Shown in pieces: positions 27,478 through 38,470 of a stretch of DNA of 64,000 bases. The stretch is taken from assembly GCA_000437855.1 (NCBI GenBank), contig FR902167.1:339-64338 (forward strand), read 5' to 3'. The notes under the pieces are model-generated. The model was not told the DNA's origin. It was given only the letters and a program-made list of their open reading frames with translations, and did no database searches. The translations under genes and the position numbers were made by a program. The stretch comes from Clostridium sp. CAG:567 (GTDB taxonomy: Bacteria > Bacillota > Clostridia > TANB77 > CAG-508). The stretch's first letter is position 1. Each line of letters opens with the position of its first letter.

Positions 27478-29454
27478 ATGAATTTAGTGGGTAAAGTAAT
27501 AGGAAATAGATATGAAATACTTGAAAAAATTGGTGAAGGTGGCATGGCTACCGTATATAAAGCAAAATGTAACATTTTAAAAAGATATGTAGCTGTTAAA
27601 GTGTTAAGAGAAGAATTTACAACAGATGAGGAATTTATTAGAAGATTTAATACAGAGGCTCAAGCTGCTGCAAGCCTTACACATCCAAATATTGTATCAA
27701 TATTTGACGTAGGACATGAAGAAAATATTTATTATATTGTTATGGAACTTGTACAAGGAAAGACTTTAAAAGAAATTATAAATGAAGATGGAGTATTACC
27801 ATGGAAATGGTCTATAAATATTGCAATTCAGGTAGCTTCAGCTTTAGAAACAGCACATAAAAACAATATAGTTCATAGAGATATTAAACCACATAATATT
27901 ATAATTACTGAAGATGGAATTGCAAAGGTAACAGATTTTGGAATAGCAAAAGCTGTTTCAAATTCAACAATTACTGCATTTGGAACAACAATTGGATCAG
28001 TACATTACTTTTCACCAGAACATGCTAGAGGTGGATATACAGATGCAAAATCAGACATCTACTCATTAGGAGTTGTAATGTATGAAATGTTAACAGGTAG
28101 AGTGCCTTTTGATGCGGATACTCCGGTATCAATTGCATTAAAACACATGCAAGAAAAACCAGTAGAACCAATAAAATTAAATCCATCTATTCCTTATGCT
28201 GTGAACAAAATTATAATGAAAGCAATGGAAAAAGAAGCAAGTGCAAGATATCAAAGTGCAACTGAAATGCTAAAAGATTTAAGTATGGCACTAAAAGATC
28301 CAGAAGGTGGATTTGTAAAAAGTAATGCAGAAAGATTACAGTATACACAAAGAATTCCAGTTTTAGGAGAAGAGCCAAAAGATGACATTAAAAAGGAAAG
28401 CAAATCAAAACCAAAGGGAAAATTGGCTAGATATTTTGAAGAACATCCAACAGCTAAGAAGGTATGGATATCAGTTATTGCTGTATTATTAGTAATATTA
28501 ATTCCATTACTTGGATTTTTTGGAGTTCAAGCAATATTAAAAGCAGGCATTCCTAATGATGTAGATTTACCTAATTTTGTTGGCCAAACATTAGATGAAG
28601 CAAAAGCAACAATAGGAAAGGGAAAATTAACTTTAGAAACTGAAGAAGTATTTGATGACGAAGTTGAAATTGGAAAAATAATTTCACAAGATCCACCATA
28701 CGCTGAAGGGGCAACAGTAAAAGAAAACAGTATAGTTAAAGTAAAAATCAGCAAAGGCCCTGAAACAGTTAAAATGATTAAAGTTGTTGGAATGAAGTAT
28801 GAAGATGCAGAAAGACAACTAAGAGATGAACTACATTTAAATGTTGAAAGAGTTGAAGAAGCAAGTAAAACAGTAGAAAAAGAATATGTCATAAAACAAG
28901 AAGTTGATGAAGGAAAAGACATAAAAGTAGGTGAAACAGTAAAACTATATGTTAGTATAGGAACAGGATTAAAAGAAATTGCTATGCCTTATGTAATTGG
29001 TGACACAGAGGAAGAAGCAAGGAAGAAATTAGCTGATTTAACAATTATAGTTGCTTATGAAGAAGATATGTCTAAACCAACTGGAAAAGTTTTAAAACAA
29101 AGTATTGAAGCAGGAACAACAGTTGAAGAAAAAACTAGAGTAACTATTACTATAAATAAAATAGAAGAAATAAAGATTGGAATTGTAAGATTAAATCTAA
29201 AATCTTTACTTGGTGGAGACGCTGAAATTAAAAAAGATGAAAACGGAAATGAAATAGATCCAACGGTAAAAGTAAAAATTACTGTAAATGATGAGACTGT
29301 ATATAGTGACTCAAACAGAAAAGATGAAACAGAGATAATATCAGAAATTTCAGGAAAAGGAACAGTGACTGTAAAAGTATGGGTAAATGAGATAAAGAAA
29401 ATTACAAAACAATTTGATTTATCTGTTGATGATCCAGTACTTACAATAGACTAA
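27478..29454 (+). CDS. prkC: Ser/Thr protein kinase with PASTA repeats (PrkC/PknB type)
   Basis: Hanks kinase motifs (GEGGMATVYKA, HRDIKPHN, DFGIA), a TM helix, and three PASTA-like repeats. Confidence 0.9.
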   Translation: MNLVGKVIGNRYEILEKIGEGGMATVYKAKCNILKRYVAVKVLREEFTTDEEFIRRFNTEAQAAASLTHPNIVSIFDVGHEENIYYIVMELVQGKTLKEIINEDGVLPWKWSINIAIQVASALETAHKNNIVHRDIKPHNIIITEDGIAKVTDFGIAKAVSNSTITAFGTTIGSVHYFSPEHARGGYTDAKSDIYSLGVVMYEMLTGRVPFDADTPVSIALKHMQEKPVEPIKLNPSIPYAVNKIIMKAMEKEASARYQSATEMLKDLSMALKDPEGGFVKSNAERLQYTQRIPVLGEEPKDDIKKESKSKPKGKLARYFEEHPTAKKVWISVIAVLLVILIPLLGFFGVQAILKAGIPNDVDLPNFVGQTLDEAKATIGKGKLTLETEEVFDDEVEIGKIISQDPPYAEGATVKENSIVKVKISKGPETVKMIKVVGMKYEDAERQLRDELHLNVERVEEASKTVEKEYVIKQEVDEGKDIKVGETVKLYVSIGTGLKEIAMPYVIGDTEEEARKKLADLTIIVAYEEDMSKPTGKVLKQSIEAGTTVEEKTRVTITINKIEEIKIGIVRLNLKSLLGGDAEIKKDENGNEIDPTVKVKITVNDETVYSDSNRKDETEIISEISGKGTVTVKVWVNEIKKITKQFDLSVDDPVLTID

Positions 29455-29543
29455 TGTTACTTTAAAGGGCACATCTTAAGAATGAATTATTAAAGATGTG
29501 TCCTTTAATTAAAAAATGCTATATGTAATATTAAGGAGAATAA

Positions 29544-30407
29544 ATGCAAAAAGGAATAATTATATGTACTAGTACAAATACATATCTGGTAGAAGAAAAA
29601 GAAAAAATATATAAATGTTTGGCAAGAGGAAAATTTAAAAAAGAAAAAATTAATCTATTAGTTGGGGACAAAGTTGAATTTACAATTACAAATTCTGAAA
29701 AGCAAGAAGGTGTAATAGAACAAATTCTTCCTCGAAAAAATGAATTAAAAAGACCAAAAATGTCAAATTTAACACAAATTATTTTAGTAGTATCTATGAA
29801 AATGCCGAATCCAGATTTATTATTATTAGATAAGCAGTTAATATTTGCAGAATTTATGGGACTAAAAGCAACAATTGTTTTAAATAAAGTTGATTTGGAA
29901 GATAAAAAAGAAATAGATAAAATTTTTGAGTTATATAAAAATATAGGATATAGAGTAATACAAACAAATGCAAAAGAAGGAATAAATATAGAAGAAATAA
30001 GAGATTTACTTAATGGAGAAATTACTGCTTTTGCAGGAAATTCAGGAGTAGGAAAATCAACATTGATAAACTCAATATTTAAGCAAGAGCTAACACAAGA
30101 GGGAAATATTAGTGATAAAAATCAAAGAGGAAAAAATACTACAACAAGTACTACTTTATATAAATATAAAGAAAACTCATATATAGCAGATACACCTGGA
30201 TTTTCAACTTATGAAATAAATGAAATACCAAAGGAAGATTTATGTCATTATTTTGTTGAGTTTATACCTTATTTAGAAAAATGTGAATTTCAAGGTTGTA
30301 GTCATATAAAAGAAGAAAACTGTGGAATAAAAAAAGCTTTAGAATCTGGCAAAATTTCTCCACAAAGATATGAAAACTATGTAAAAATTTATAATAATTT
30401 ATCATAA
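29544..30407 (+). CDS. rsgA: Ribosome small-subunit-dependent GTPase A
   Basis: LNKVDL, GNSGVGKSTLIN, ADTPGF and the C-terminal zinc-finger cysteines. Confidence 0.88.
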   Translation: MQKGIIICTSTNTYLVEEKEKIYKCLARGKFKKEKINLLVGDKVEFTITNSEKQEGVIEQILPRKNELKRPKMSNLTQIILVVSMKMPNPDLLLLDKQLIFAEFMGLKATIVLNKVDLEDKKEIDKIFELYKNIGYRVIQTNAKEGINIEEIRDLLNGEITAFAGNSGVGKSTLINSIFKQELTQEGNISDKNQRGKNTTTSTTLYKYKENSYIADTPGFSTYEINEIPKEDLCHYFVEFIPYLEKCEFQGCSHIKEENCGIKKALESGKISPQRYENYVKIYNNLS

Positions 30408-30471
30408 TGGTAAAAGTATTATATTGCTATCATAAATGTAAAATTAATAATGAGATAAGAGGTAATGAAAA

Positions 30472-31131
30472 ATGGTAGAAGTATCAGTTTCAATATTAAA
30501 TGTAAAAGATGACAAAGCAATTCAAACTTTATATAATTTAGAAACATCTGGAATAAGCTATTTTCATATAGATGTAATGGATGGAAAATTTGTTAAAAAT
30601 GATACAACAAATAAAATGTTAGAATTTAGTGAATATTTAAATCAAATTTCAAATTTGCCATTAGATGTTCATTTAATGGTAGAAGATGTAGAAAGCTATA
30701 TAAAAAGTTTTGCAATATTTGATCCAAATATAATAACATTTCATTTAGAAACAGCTAAAAATAAAGAAGAAGTATTTAAATGGATTAAATTGTTAAAAGA
30801 AAATAATATAAGAGTAGGTATTTCAATTAAGCCTGATACAAAAGTAGAAGAAATTTATGAATATTTACCATTTGTGCATTTAGTATTAATAATGACAGTT
30901 GAACCAGGAGAAGGGGGACAAAAGTTATTACCTAATACAATACAAAAAATAAAAGAGATAAAAAAATATATTGATGAGAATAACTTAGAAGTTGATATTG
31001 AAGCTGATGGAGGAATTAATATAGAAAATGCTGAAATTGTAAAAGAAGCAGGAGCAAATATATTAGTATCTGGAAGTGCAATTATTAATGCTACAGACTA
31101 TAAAGAAGTTGTGAATAAATTGAAAGAATAA
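30472..31131 (+). CDS. rpe: Ribulose-phosphate 3-epimerase
   Basis: SILNV...HIDVMDGKFV...LDVHLMV...MTVEPGEGGQK...DGGIN. Confidence 0.9.
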   Translation: MVEVSVSILNVKDDKAIQTLYNLETSGISYFHIDVMDGKFVKNDTTNKMLEFSEYLNQISNLPLDVHLMVEDVESYIKSFAIFDPNIITFHLETAKNKEEVFKWIKLLKENNIRVGISIKPDTKVEEIYEYLPFVHLVLIMTVEPGEGGQKLLPNTIQKIKEIKKYIDENNLEVDIEADGGINIENAEIVKEAGANILVSGSAIINATDYKEVVNKLKE

Positions 31132-31181
31132 AAGGCATAAATGCCTTTTTCTTTTGTTGTATGAATGTTGAAAAAAGTGCA

Positions 31182-31196
31182 ATAATATGTTATTAT
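31182..31196. promoter_or_regulatory. Candidate metalloregulator operator (6-3-6 palindrome) overlapping the -10 of the metal ABC operon
   Basis: ATAATA-TGT-TATTAT is a perfect palindrome. TTGAAA (31168-31173), a 17-nt spacer and TATTAT (31191-31196) form a plausible promoter. Confidence 0.25.
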
Positions 31197-31232
31197 ATTA
31201 CAGAATTATTAATGATTTGAGAGGTAAGTATT

Positions 31233-32126
31233 TTGAATAAAAAATTTTTAATAATAACTTTAATACTAGTAATTGCAATAGGACTAGCAATTTGGACATC
31301 AACTAATAAAAAAGAAGTGGTTGAAGATGACAATTTAAAGATTGTAACATCATTTTATCCTATTTATATTATGACAGCAAATATAACAAGAGATATACCT
31401 GATGTGGAACTTTTAAATATGTCAGAAGCAAATGTTGGATGCTTGCATGATTATACAATATCTACTACAGATATGAAGAAAATAGAAAAAGCTAATATAT
31501 ATATTCAAAATGGATTAGGCTTAGAAAACTTTATGGACAAAATAATTTCAACATATCCAAATTTAAAAATAATAGACAGCAGTATAAATGTTTCTGATAA
31601 AATACAAGATGAAAATGAGATAAATCCTCATATTTGGACAAGCATAGAAAATTACACAAAACAAGTTGAAACAATATGCCAAAAATTGTGTAAATATGAC
31701 AGTAAAAATGCTGAAAAATATAAAGCAAATTGCGAAAATTATTTACAAAAAATAAATCAAGAAAAACAAAAATATGAAAGTGAGCTTCAAAAATTAAATG
31801 GAGAAAAAGTCATTTGTTTAAATGAAGGACTAGAATATTTATTAAAGGAACTTAAAATGCAAGTAACACAAGTAGAAACAAATCATGAAGAAAGTACAAT
31901 GTCAGCAGAAACACTAAAAAATTTGATTGAAAAGATGAAAAATGAAAACATAAAAATTATTGTAGTAGATAAAGATGACAATATAAAAAATGCTGAAACA
32001 TTAGCAAATGAAACAGGAGCAAAAATATATAAACTAGATTCAGGACTAACAGGAGAAACAAATGACAATGCTTATATAGATAAATTAGAAGCAAATTTTT
32101 TAGTTTTAGATACAATGAAAAAATAA
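31233..32126 (+). CDS. Metal (Zn/Mn) ABC transporter substrate-binding lipoprotein (ZnuA/TroA family)
   Basis: TTG start, signal/TM segment, then ...SFYPIY..., ...CLHDY..., ...NPHIWTS... typical of cluster A-I binding proteins. Confidence 0.8.
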   Translation: MNKKFLIITLILVIAIGLAIWTSTNKKEVVEDDNLKIVTSFYPIYIMTANITRDIPDVELLNMSEANVGCLHDYTISTTDMKKIEKANIYIQNGLGLENFMDKIISTYPNLKIIDSSINVSDKIQDENEINPHIWTSIENYTKQVETICQKLCKYDSKNAEKYKANCENYLQKINQEKQKYESELQKLNGEKVICLNEGLEYLLKELKMQVTQVETNHEESTMSAETLKNLIEKMKNENIKIIVVDKDDNIKNAETLANETGAKIYKLDSGLTGETNDNAYIDKLEANFLVLDTMKK

Positions 32127-32162
32127 AGTGATTGAAAAATTTAGCAAAATAGGAGTAAAAAA

Positions 32163-32894
32163 ATGAGTGGAAAAGGGGCATGTGGATTACACTGCACAAA
32201 AATAAATAACATAAGTGTAAAATTTGGAAAAGAACAAGTATTAAAAGATGTAAATATTCATGTGCATTGTGGAGAATTGACTGTAATAATAGGAAGAAAT
32301 GGTGCAGGAAAATCTACACTATTAAAAGCTATTTTAGGGGAAGTGGAACATACAGGGAATATTAGCTTTGTTGATATGAAAGATAATATTGCAAAAAGAA
32401 TAAAAATAGGGTATGTGCCACAAACTATAAATATAGAAAAACACATGCCAACAACAGTATATGACCTATTTGCATCATGCATTTGCCATATACCAGTATT
32501 TTTGAAAAAGGATAAAAAGATATATAGTGAAATAAAAGAACAGCTAAAAATATTTGGAGCAGAAAAGTTAATAGATAAAAGTATAGGAGACTTATCTGGT
32601 GGAGAATTACAAAGAGTATTACTTGCAATAGCAACAAAGCCAACACCAAATCTATTAATATTAGATGAACCAGTATCAGGAATTGACAAAAATGGAACAA
32701 GAGATTTTTATCAATTAGTAAATGAATTAAAAACAAAATATGATATGTCAATTTTACTTGTATCACATGATTTGGATTTAGTTAAAAAATATGCTGATAG
32801 AGTAATTTTATTAGACAAACAGGTTGTGAAAGAGGGAACACCACAAGAAGTATTTGAAAGCTTAGAATTTAAAAGCTATTTTGGAGAAATATAA
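32163..32894 (+). CDS. Metal ABC transporter ATP-binding protein
   Basis: GRNGAGKSTLLK Walker A, LSGGELQRVLLA signature, LILDEP Walker B. Confidence 0.88.
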   Translation: MSGKGACGLHCTKINNISVKFGKEQVLKDVNIHVHCGELTVIIGRNGAGKSTLLKAILGEVEHTGNISFVDMKDNIAKRIKIGYVPQTINIEKHMPTTVYDLFASCICHIPVFLKKDKKIYSEIKEQLKIFGAEKLIDKSIGDLSGGELQRVLLAIATKPTPNLLILDEPVSGIDKNGTRDFYQLVNELKTKYDMSILLVSHDLDLVKKYADRVILLDKQVVKEGTPQEVFESLEFKSYFGEI

Positions 32895-32908
32895 GAGGAG
32901 AATATATA

Positions 32909-33751
32909 ATGGGAGTAATATATAGTATATTAGAAGCACTAATACCATTTGAATTTATAGATTATGCATTTATGAAAAATGCACTAATTGCAATTATTTT
33001 AGTAACACCAGTATTTGCTATTTTGGGTACTATGATAGTAAACAACAAAATGGCATTTTTCTCAGATGCATTAGGACATTCAGCATTAACAGGAATTGCA
33101 TTAGGAATGATTTTAGGAATATCAAATATGAATATTTCAATGATATTATTTGCTGTAGTATTTGCATTGTTATTAAACTATGTAAAAAATAAAACAAACT
33201 ATGGAGCAGATACAATAATAAGTGTATTTTCATCAATAGCAATAGCACTAGGACTTGCAATGTTAGCACAAAGTGGAAACTTCAATAAATATTCAAGCTA
33301 TTTAGTGGGAGATATATTAAGCATTAGTAATACAGAAATATTATACTTATTTTTAGCATTTATTGCTGTAATTGCATTTTGGTACTTTACATTTAATAAA
33401 TTAAATGTAACAAGTATAAACACAACATTAGCAAGAAGTAGGGGAGTAAATACAAAAACAATTGATAATGTATTTGCAGTGTTAATAGCTATAATTGTAA
33501 TGATTTCAATTAGATTTATTGGTATTTTATTAATAAATTCATTACTTATATTACCAGCAGCCTCTAGTAGAAATGTGGCAAGAAATATGAGAACATATCA
33601 TTTGTTTGCTGTAATATTTTCATTATTTTCAGGAATCACAGGCTTAATTATTTCATATTATTGGAACATACCAACAGGTCCGATGATTGTACTAATATCA
33701 GGTTTGATATATTTCATAACATTTGGATTAAAAAAGAAAATAAAAGAATGA
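32909..33751 (+). CDS. Metal ABC transporter permease (ABC-3 family)
   Basis: A 280-aa polytopic membrane protein in the third position of the Znu/Tro-type operon. Confidence 0.85.
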   Translation: MGVIYSILEALIPFEFIDYAFMKNALIAIILVTPVFAILGTMIVNNKMAFFSDALGHSALTGIALGMILGISNMNISMILFAVVFALLLNYVKNKTNYGADTIISVFSSIAIALGLAMLAQSGNFNKYSSYLVGDILSISNTEILYLFLAFIAVIAFWYFTFNKLNVTSINTTLARSRGVNTKTIDNVFAVLIAIIVMISIRFIGILLINSLLILPAASSRNVARNMRTYHLFAVIFSLFSGITGLIISYYWNIPTGPMIVLISGLIYFITFGLKKKIKE

Positions 33752-33887
33752 CATTCTGTTTTTGCACAAAAAAAAGATATGTGTCATCACTCACATATCT
33801 ATGTTGCTTAGATAACCAGTTTTTATTTAAGCTATTAATAGTATACTACTTTTGTTAGTATATGTCAATAATTTTAAAGTATTCTTA

Positions 33888-34598
33888 TTATAATTCCAAG
33901 ATTTTCTTAGCTCTTGCTACATCTTCAGGAGTAGCAGGAGAAACACCGTCAAGCTCATATTTTAATCCTAGTTCTTCCCACTTAAAACGACCTAAATCAT
34001 GATAAGGAAGAATTTCAACTTTTTGAACAGAACTTAAACTATGTATAAAATCTTTTAATTTAAGTAAATCTTCTTCTTTATCTGTAATTCCAGGAACTAA
34101 TACTTGTCTAATCCACATTGGTTTATTTATACTGCTTAAATATTCTGCAAAAGCCAATTCTTTTTTATTGGAAACACTAGTTAGATATTTACAAATATCA
34201 TCATTTATACATTTTATATCTAATAAAAATAAATCTGCTAAATTAATTATTTGTTTTATTTTATCTGTTATATCAAAGTTTCCAGCGGTATCAATAGCTG
34301 TATGAATACCACCAGCTTTTAAAGCAGTTAATAGTTCTATTAAAAAATCTTGTTGAACTAATGGTTCTCCACCACTAATTGTAACACCACCGCCAGAAGG
34401 TACAAAATAACTTTTATATCTTTCAATTTTTGCTAATAATTCTGGAACAGTATATTCTATACCGCCACAAACATCCCAAGTATCTCTGTTTTGGCAAAAC
34501 TTACACTGCAAATTGCATCCTTGCATGAAAATTATGAACCTTATACCAGGTCCGTCAACTGTTCCAAAAGATTCAAATGAGTGTATTCTACCTTTCAT
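33888..34598 (-). CDS. pflA: Pyruvate formate-lyase activating enzyme
   Basis: GPGIRFIIFMQGCNLQCKFCQNRDTW radical SAM motif. It lies downstream of pflB. Confidence 0.92.
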   Translation of the reverse strand: MKGRIHSFESFGTVDGPGIRFIIFMQGCNLQCKFCQNRDTWDVCGGIEYTVPELLAKIERYKSYFVPSGGGVTISGGEPLVQQDFLIELLTALKAGGIHTAIDTAGNFDITDKIKQIINLADLFLLDIKCINDDICKYLTSVSNKKELAFAEYLSSINKPMWIRQVLVPGITDKEEDLLKLKDFIHSLSSVQKVEILPYHDLGRFKWEELGLKYELDGVSPATPEDVARAKKILEL

Positions 34599-34630
34599 AT
34601 TTCCTCCTAAAATTTATATTTAGTAGCATA

Positions 34631-34740
34631 AAAATATGTTTTCGCACCTGTCGCGCAGTTGAAGGAGTGAGCCAAGACCCGCATTTAGCTCGAAGGCTTG
34701 TCCACGAACGACGACAGCAAGACAGAAGAAAACATATTTT
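34631..34740 (-). other. GC-rich structured intergenic element between pflB and pflA
   Basis: 13-bp perfect inverted repeat AAAATATGTTTTC (34631-34643) / GAAAACATATTTT (34728-34740) encloses an 84-nt core of ~56% GC (hand count) in an otherwise AT-rich genome. Confidence 0.6.
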
Positions 34741-34751
34741 ATGCACAAAAA

Positions 34752-36995
34752 CTAAATTTTTTCATGTATTGTTCTGTGAATTACTTCTAATTGTTGTTCT
34801 CTAGTTAATTTTATAAAGTTAACAGCATATCCAGAAACACGAATTGTTAATTGCGAATATTTTTCAGGATGATCCATTGCATCAAGTAATAGATCTCTAT
34901 CAAATACGTTAACATTTATATGATGTCCTGTTTGAACAAAGAAACCATCTAACATACTTACTAAGTTATTTGTTTTTGATTCTTCATCTTTTCCAAGAGT
35001 AGCTGGTGTAATAGAAAATGTATATGAAATACCATCTTCAGAATATTCATAAGGAAGTTTAGCAATTGTATTCATAACAGCTAAAGCTCCATTTATATCT
35101 CTACCATGTAATGGGTTTGCACCAGGTCCAAATGGTTCGCCGTCTCTTCTTCCATCAGGAGTATTACCAGTATTTTTACCATATACTACATTTGAAGTAA
35201 TAGTTAAAATTGATAATGTAGCTCTTGAATTTTTGTAAGTATGATGTTTTTCTAATTTTTTCATAAATGATTTTACAATATTAACAGCAATCTCATCAAC
35301 TCTATCATCATCATTTCCGTATTTAGGAAAATTACCTTCAACTTTATAATCAACAGCTAATCCAGTTTCATCTCTAATTACCTTAACTTTTGCATATTTT
35401 ATTGCAGATAAAGAATCAGCAACAACTGATAAACCAGCTATACCACAAGCCATTGTTCTTAAAATGTCTCTTTCTTTATCATGTAAAGCCATTTCTAATG
35501 CTTCATAAGAATATTTGTCATGCATGTAATGAATCATATTTAAAGCTTTAATATATGTTTTAGCCAAATATTCCATCATATTATCAAATTTTCTCATAAC
35601 TTCGTCATAATCTAAATATTCTGAAGTGATAGGGGCAAATTCTGGAGTAACTTGTTTTCCAGATTTTTCATCTTTACCACCATTAATAGCATATAGAAGT
35701 GCTTTTGCTAAGTTTGCTCTTGCACCAAAGAATTGCATTTGTTTACCAATTTTCATAGCTGATACACAGCATGCAATACCATAATCATCACCTAAAGTAA
35801 CTCTCATTAAATCATCATTTTCATATTGAATAGATGAAGTTTTAATAGAAATATCAGCACAGAATTTTTTGAATCCTTCAGGTAAATTTTTAGACCATAA
35901 TACAGTTAAGTTTGGCTCAGGAGCAGGTCCTAGGTTTATTAATGTGTGTAACATTCTAAAAGAGTTTTTAGTTACTAATGTTCTTCCATCAATACCCATA
36001 CCACCAATACTTTCAGTTACCCAAACAGGGTCACCAGTAAATAGTGCATTATATTCAGGAGCTCTTAAGAAACGAACTAATCTTAATTTTATAACAAATT
36101 GATCAATTAACTCTTGAGCTTGTTCTTCTGTTAAAGTGCCATTTTTCATATCTCTTTCAATATATATATCTAAGAATGTAGATGTCCTACCTAAACTCAT
36201 AGCAGCACCGTTTTGATCTTTAACAGCAGCTAAATATCCAAAATATAACCATTGAATAGCTTCTTTTGCATTTGAAGCAGGCTCAGAAATATCATATCCA
36301 TAACTTGCAGCCATTGCTTTTAATTCGTTTAATGCAGCAATTTGATCATGCATTTCTTCTCTTTGACGAATTAATTCATCAGTCATTTCATCAGAATCTA
36401 ATAAAGCAAATTCTTCTTGTTTTTCTTTAATTAAAACATCAACACCGTATAAGGCAACTCTTCTATAATCACCAATAATTCTTCCACGACCATATCCATC
36501 AGGTAGACCTGTGATTAAGTGAGAACTTCTAGCAGCTCTTATTTCTGGTGTGTATACAGCAAAAACACCATCATTATGTGTTCTTCTTAAGTTGTGATAA
36601 ATGTATTCAATATTTTCATCAACTTTATAACCATAACTTTCGCAAGATTTTTCAACTATTCTAATACCACCATTTGGCATAATTGCTCTTTTTAATGGGG
36701 CATCTGTTTGAAGACCAACAATCTCTTCAAGCTCTTTATTTATATAGCCAGGAGCATAAGCATTTATTCCAGATGGAGTTTTAACATCAACGTCTAAAAC
36801 ATCTCCATTTTCTCTTTCTTTTGCATATAAGTCTGTAACATTGTTCCATAGCTTTTGAGTTTTTTCTGTTGCACCCTTTAAAAAGCTATCATCGCCCTCA
36901 TAAGGTGTATAATTTGATTGAATGAAACCTCTAACATCTATTTCTTTTGTCCATTCACCTTGTTTATGAAATCCTTCCCATTGTTTAAATTCCAT
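34752..36995 (-). CDS. pflB: Formate C-acetyltransferase (pyruvate formate-lyase)
   Basis: 747 aa with the active-site CC (GIACCVSAM) and the glycyl-radical motif RVSGYAVNF. Confidence 0.95.
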   Translation of the reverse strand: MEFKQWEGFHKQGEWTKEIDVRGFIQSNYTPYEGDDSFLKGATEKTQKLWNNVTDLYAKERENGDVLDVDVKTPSGINAYAPGYINKELEEIVGLQTDAPLKRAIMPNGGIRIVEKSCESYGYKVDENIEYIYHNLRRTHNDGVFAVYTPEIRAARSSHLITGLPDGYGRGRIIGDYRRVALYGVDVLIKEKQEEFALLDSDEMTDELIRQREEMHDQIAALNELKAMAASYGYDISEPASNAKEAIQWLYFGYLAAVKDQNGAAMSLGRTSTFLDIYIERDMKNGTLTEEQAQELIDQFVIKLRLVRFLRAPEYNALFTGDPVWVTESIGGMGIDGRTLVTKNSFRMLHTLINLGPAPEPNLTVLWSKNLPEGFKKFCADISIKTSSIQYENDDLMRVTLGDDYGIACCVSAMKIGKQMQFFGARANLAKALLYAINGGKDEKSGKQVTPEFAPITSEYLDYDEVMRKFDNMMEYLAKTYIKALNMIHYMHDKYSYEALEMALHDKERDILRTMACGIAGLSVVADSLSAIKYAKVKVIRDETGLAVDYKVEGNFPKYGNDDDRVDEIAVNIVKSFMKKLEKHHTYKNSRATLSILTITSNVVYGKNTGNTPDGRRDGEPFGPGANPLHGRDINGALAVMNTIAKLPYEYSEDGISYTFSITPATLGKDEESKTNNLVSMLDGFFVQTGHHINVNVFDRDLLLDAMDHPEKYSQLTIRVSGYAVNFIKLTREQQLEVIHRTIHEKI

Positions 36996-37164
36996 AAAAA
37001 CCTCCTTGTATAAATAAAATTTATTGTATAGAAAAAATATAAATTTTTTCTTTTACGCGTGACAAAACTACTAATCTTGTAAAAAGATAGTAGTCAATTT
37101 ATTATATTATAAAATAACATTTTTATCAACATATTTTTACATAAAATCCAAAAAATAATAATAA

Positions 37165-37192
37165 AAACAGTGTAATTATTTACACTGTTTAG
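37165..37192 (-). terminator. Rho-independent terminator after the XRE-family gene
   Basis: AAACAGTGTAA / TTACACTGTTT stem followed by a T-run on the minus strand. Confidence 0.55.
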
Positions 37193-37212
37193 TATTTGTT
37201 AAATAAATTAAA

Positions 37213-37539
37213 TTATTCTTCTTCACTAATAACTTTAGCAATTTTGTAAATTAGTTTTTGTTTATCACTAGACACTGAATTTAAAATATTATTAAATTCA
37301 GAAGCAAGGTAGTTATCAGAATTGCTTGATACACCATTTAGTATAGAACCTTCAGAAACTCCTAAGATTTCACAAATCTGAGTTAATCTTTTTAGATTTA
37401 TATGAGAGGTTCCTCTTTCAACTCTACTTAAAAATGCAACAGAAACGTCTATTTGTTCAGCTAGTTTTTCTTGAGTCATATTTTTATCAATTCTTGCTTT
37501 TTTTAATCTTTCGCCAATAATATTATAATCTAGTGCCAT
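37213..37539 (-). CDS. XRE-family HTH transcriptional regulator
   Basis: IGERLKKARIDKNMTQEKLAEQIDVSVAFLSRVERG. Confidence 0.8.
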   Translation of the reverse strand: MALDYNIIGERLKKARIDKNMTQEKLAEQIDVSVAFLSRVERGTSHINLKRLTQICEILGVSEGSILNGVSSNSDNYLASEFNNILNSVSSDKQKLIYKIAKVISEEE

Positions 37540-37860
37540 TATAAAATCTCCTCCATAACCTTATTTATATGTAATATATAGCATTTTATTAGCAAACTTA
37601 ACAGATACCTAAGAGTAAAAATTAACAAGTAATTAAAAACCAGTATTAATAATATTATGAAAAGAAAATATAAAAACATACATTAAAAAATAATTTTTTT
37701 CTATTGTTTTATTTTTACTTATGTGCTAAAATACAAATGGCTTGAAAAAGTCTAAATGAATTTAATTATTTTGTAAATACTATTCCTTCTTGATATTGAT
37801 ATTAGAAAGGTTTTATATGTCAAAATATTAAATATCAAAATTAACAAGGAGGAAACTATA

Positions 37861-38043
37861 ATGGCAGACAAAACTTTAACATGTAAAGATTGTGGTGCTG
37901 AATTTGTTTTCACAGAAGGTGAACAACAATTTTATGCTGAAAAAGGTTTTACAAATGAACCTCAAAGATGCCCAGAATGCAGAAAAGCAAAAAAAGCACA
38001 AAGAAGAAACAACACTTTAATAACTAATATAAAAATCTCCTAG
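37861..38043 (+). CDS. Zinc-ribbon domain protein
   Basis: CKDCGAEFVFTEGEQQFYAEKGFTNEPQRCPEC, with two CxxC pairs. The 3' end runs into a bidirectional hairpin (AAAATCTCCTAG/CTAGGAGATTTT, ~38031-38061). Confidence 0.65.
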   Translation: MADKTLTCKDCGAEFVFTEGEQQFYAEKGFTNEPQRCPECRKAKKAQRRNNTLITNIKIS

Positions 38044-38047
38044 AATA

Positions 38048-38308
38048 CTAGGAGATTTTTTCATGACTATACTTTAATTTGGTTGCCATACCACCACGAA
38101 TATGTCTTTCAGCTTTATTTTCATCTAATATTTCTCGTACTTGATGAGCTAGATTAGGGTTTATCTTAAGTAATCTTTCACTAACATCTTTATGAACAGT
38201 ACTTTTGCTAACGCCAAATTTTTTAGCAGCACCTCTAACTGTATCTTTTGAATCTATAATATAGCGAGCTAAAGTAATAGCTCTTTCCTCAATTGAAACT
38301 CCAACCAT
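38048..38308 (-). CDS. spoIIID: Sporulation transcriptional regulator SpoIIID
   Basis: ...RAITLARYIIDSKDTVRGAAKKFGVSKSTVHKDVSERL...IRGGMATKLKY closely parallels B. subtilis SpoIIID as I recall it. Confidence 0.88.
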   Translation of the reverse strand: MVGVSIEERAITLARYIIDSKDTVRGAAKKFGVSKSTVHKDVSERLLKINPNLAHQVREILDENKAERHIRGGMATKLKYSHEKIS

Positions 38309-38470
38309 AAAGAAAACCCCCATAAGAATACTTTTGTTTAATTGTATTCTTATATAGAGAGCATTATGAATAAAAATTTCTTAATAAAATTTTAATAAAA
38401 TATTACTAGTTTTCTTAATAATCTAATGGTAAAATGTTCTTGTAAAATAATGAAAGGGAGATTTTTTAAT

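Noticed and set aside
34622-34750. ZTP (pfl-motif) riboswitch as the identity of the pflB-pflA element.
   Set aside because: I could not find the conserved GGGUCGUGAC... / CCGCCUGGGC pseudoknot elements I remember. The element also lies between the genes rather than in a 5' leader. An Infernal scan is still worth running.
34577-34804. 75-aa plus-strand ORF across the pflA-pflB intergenic region.
   Set aside because: It overlaps both gene ends on the opposite strand and is open only because of the GC-rich insert. It has no RBS and an Arg-rich nonsense-like translation.
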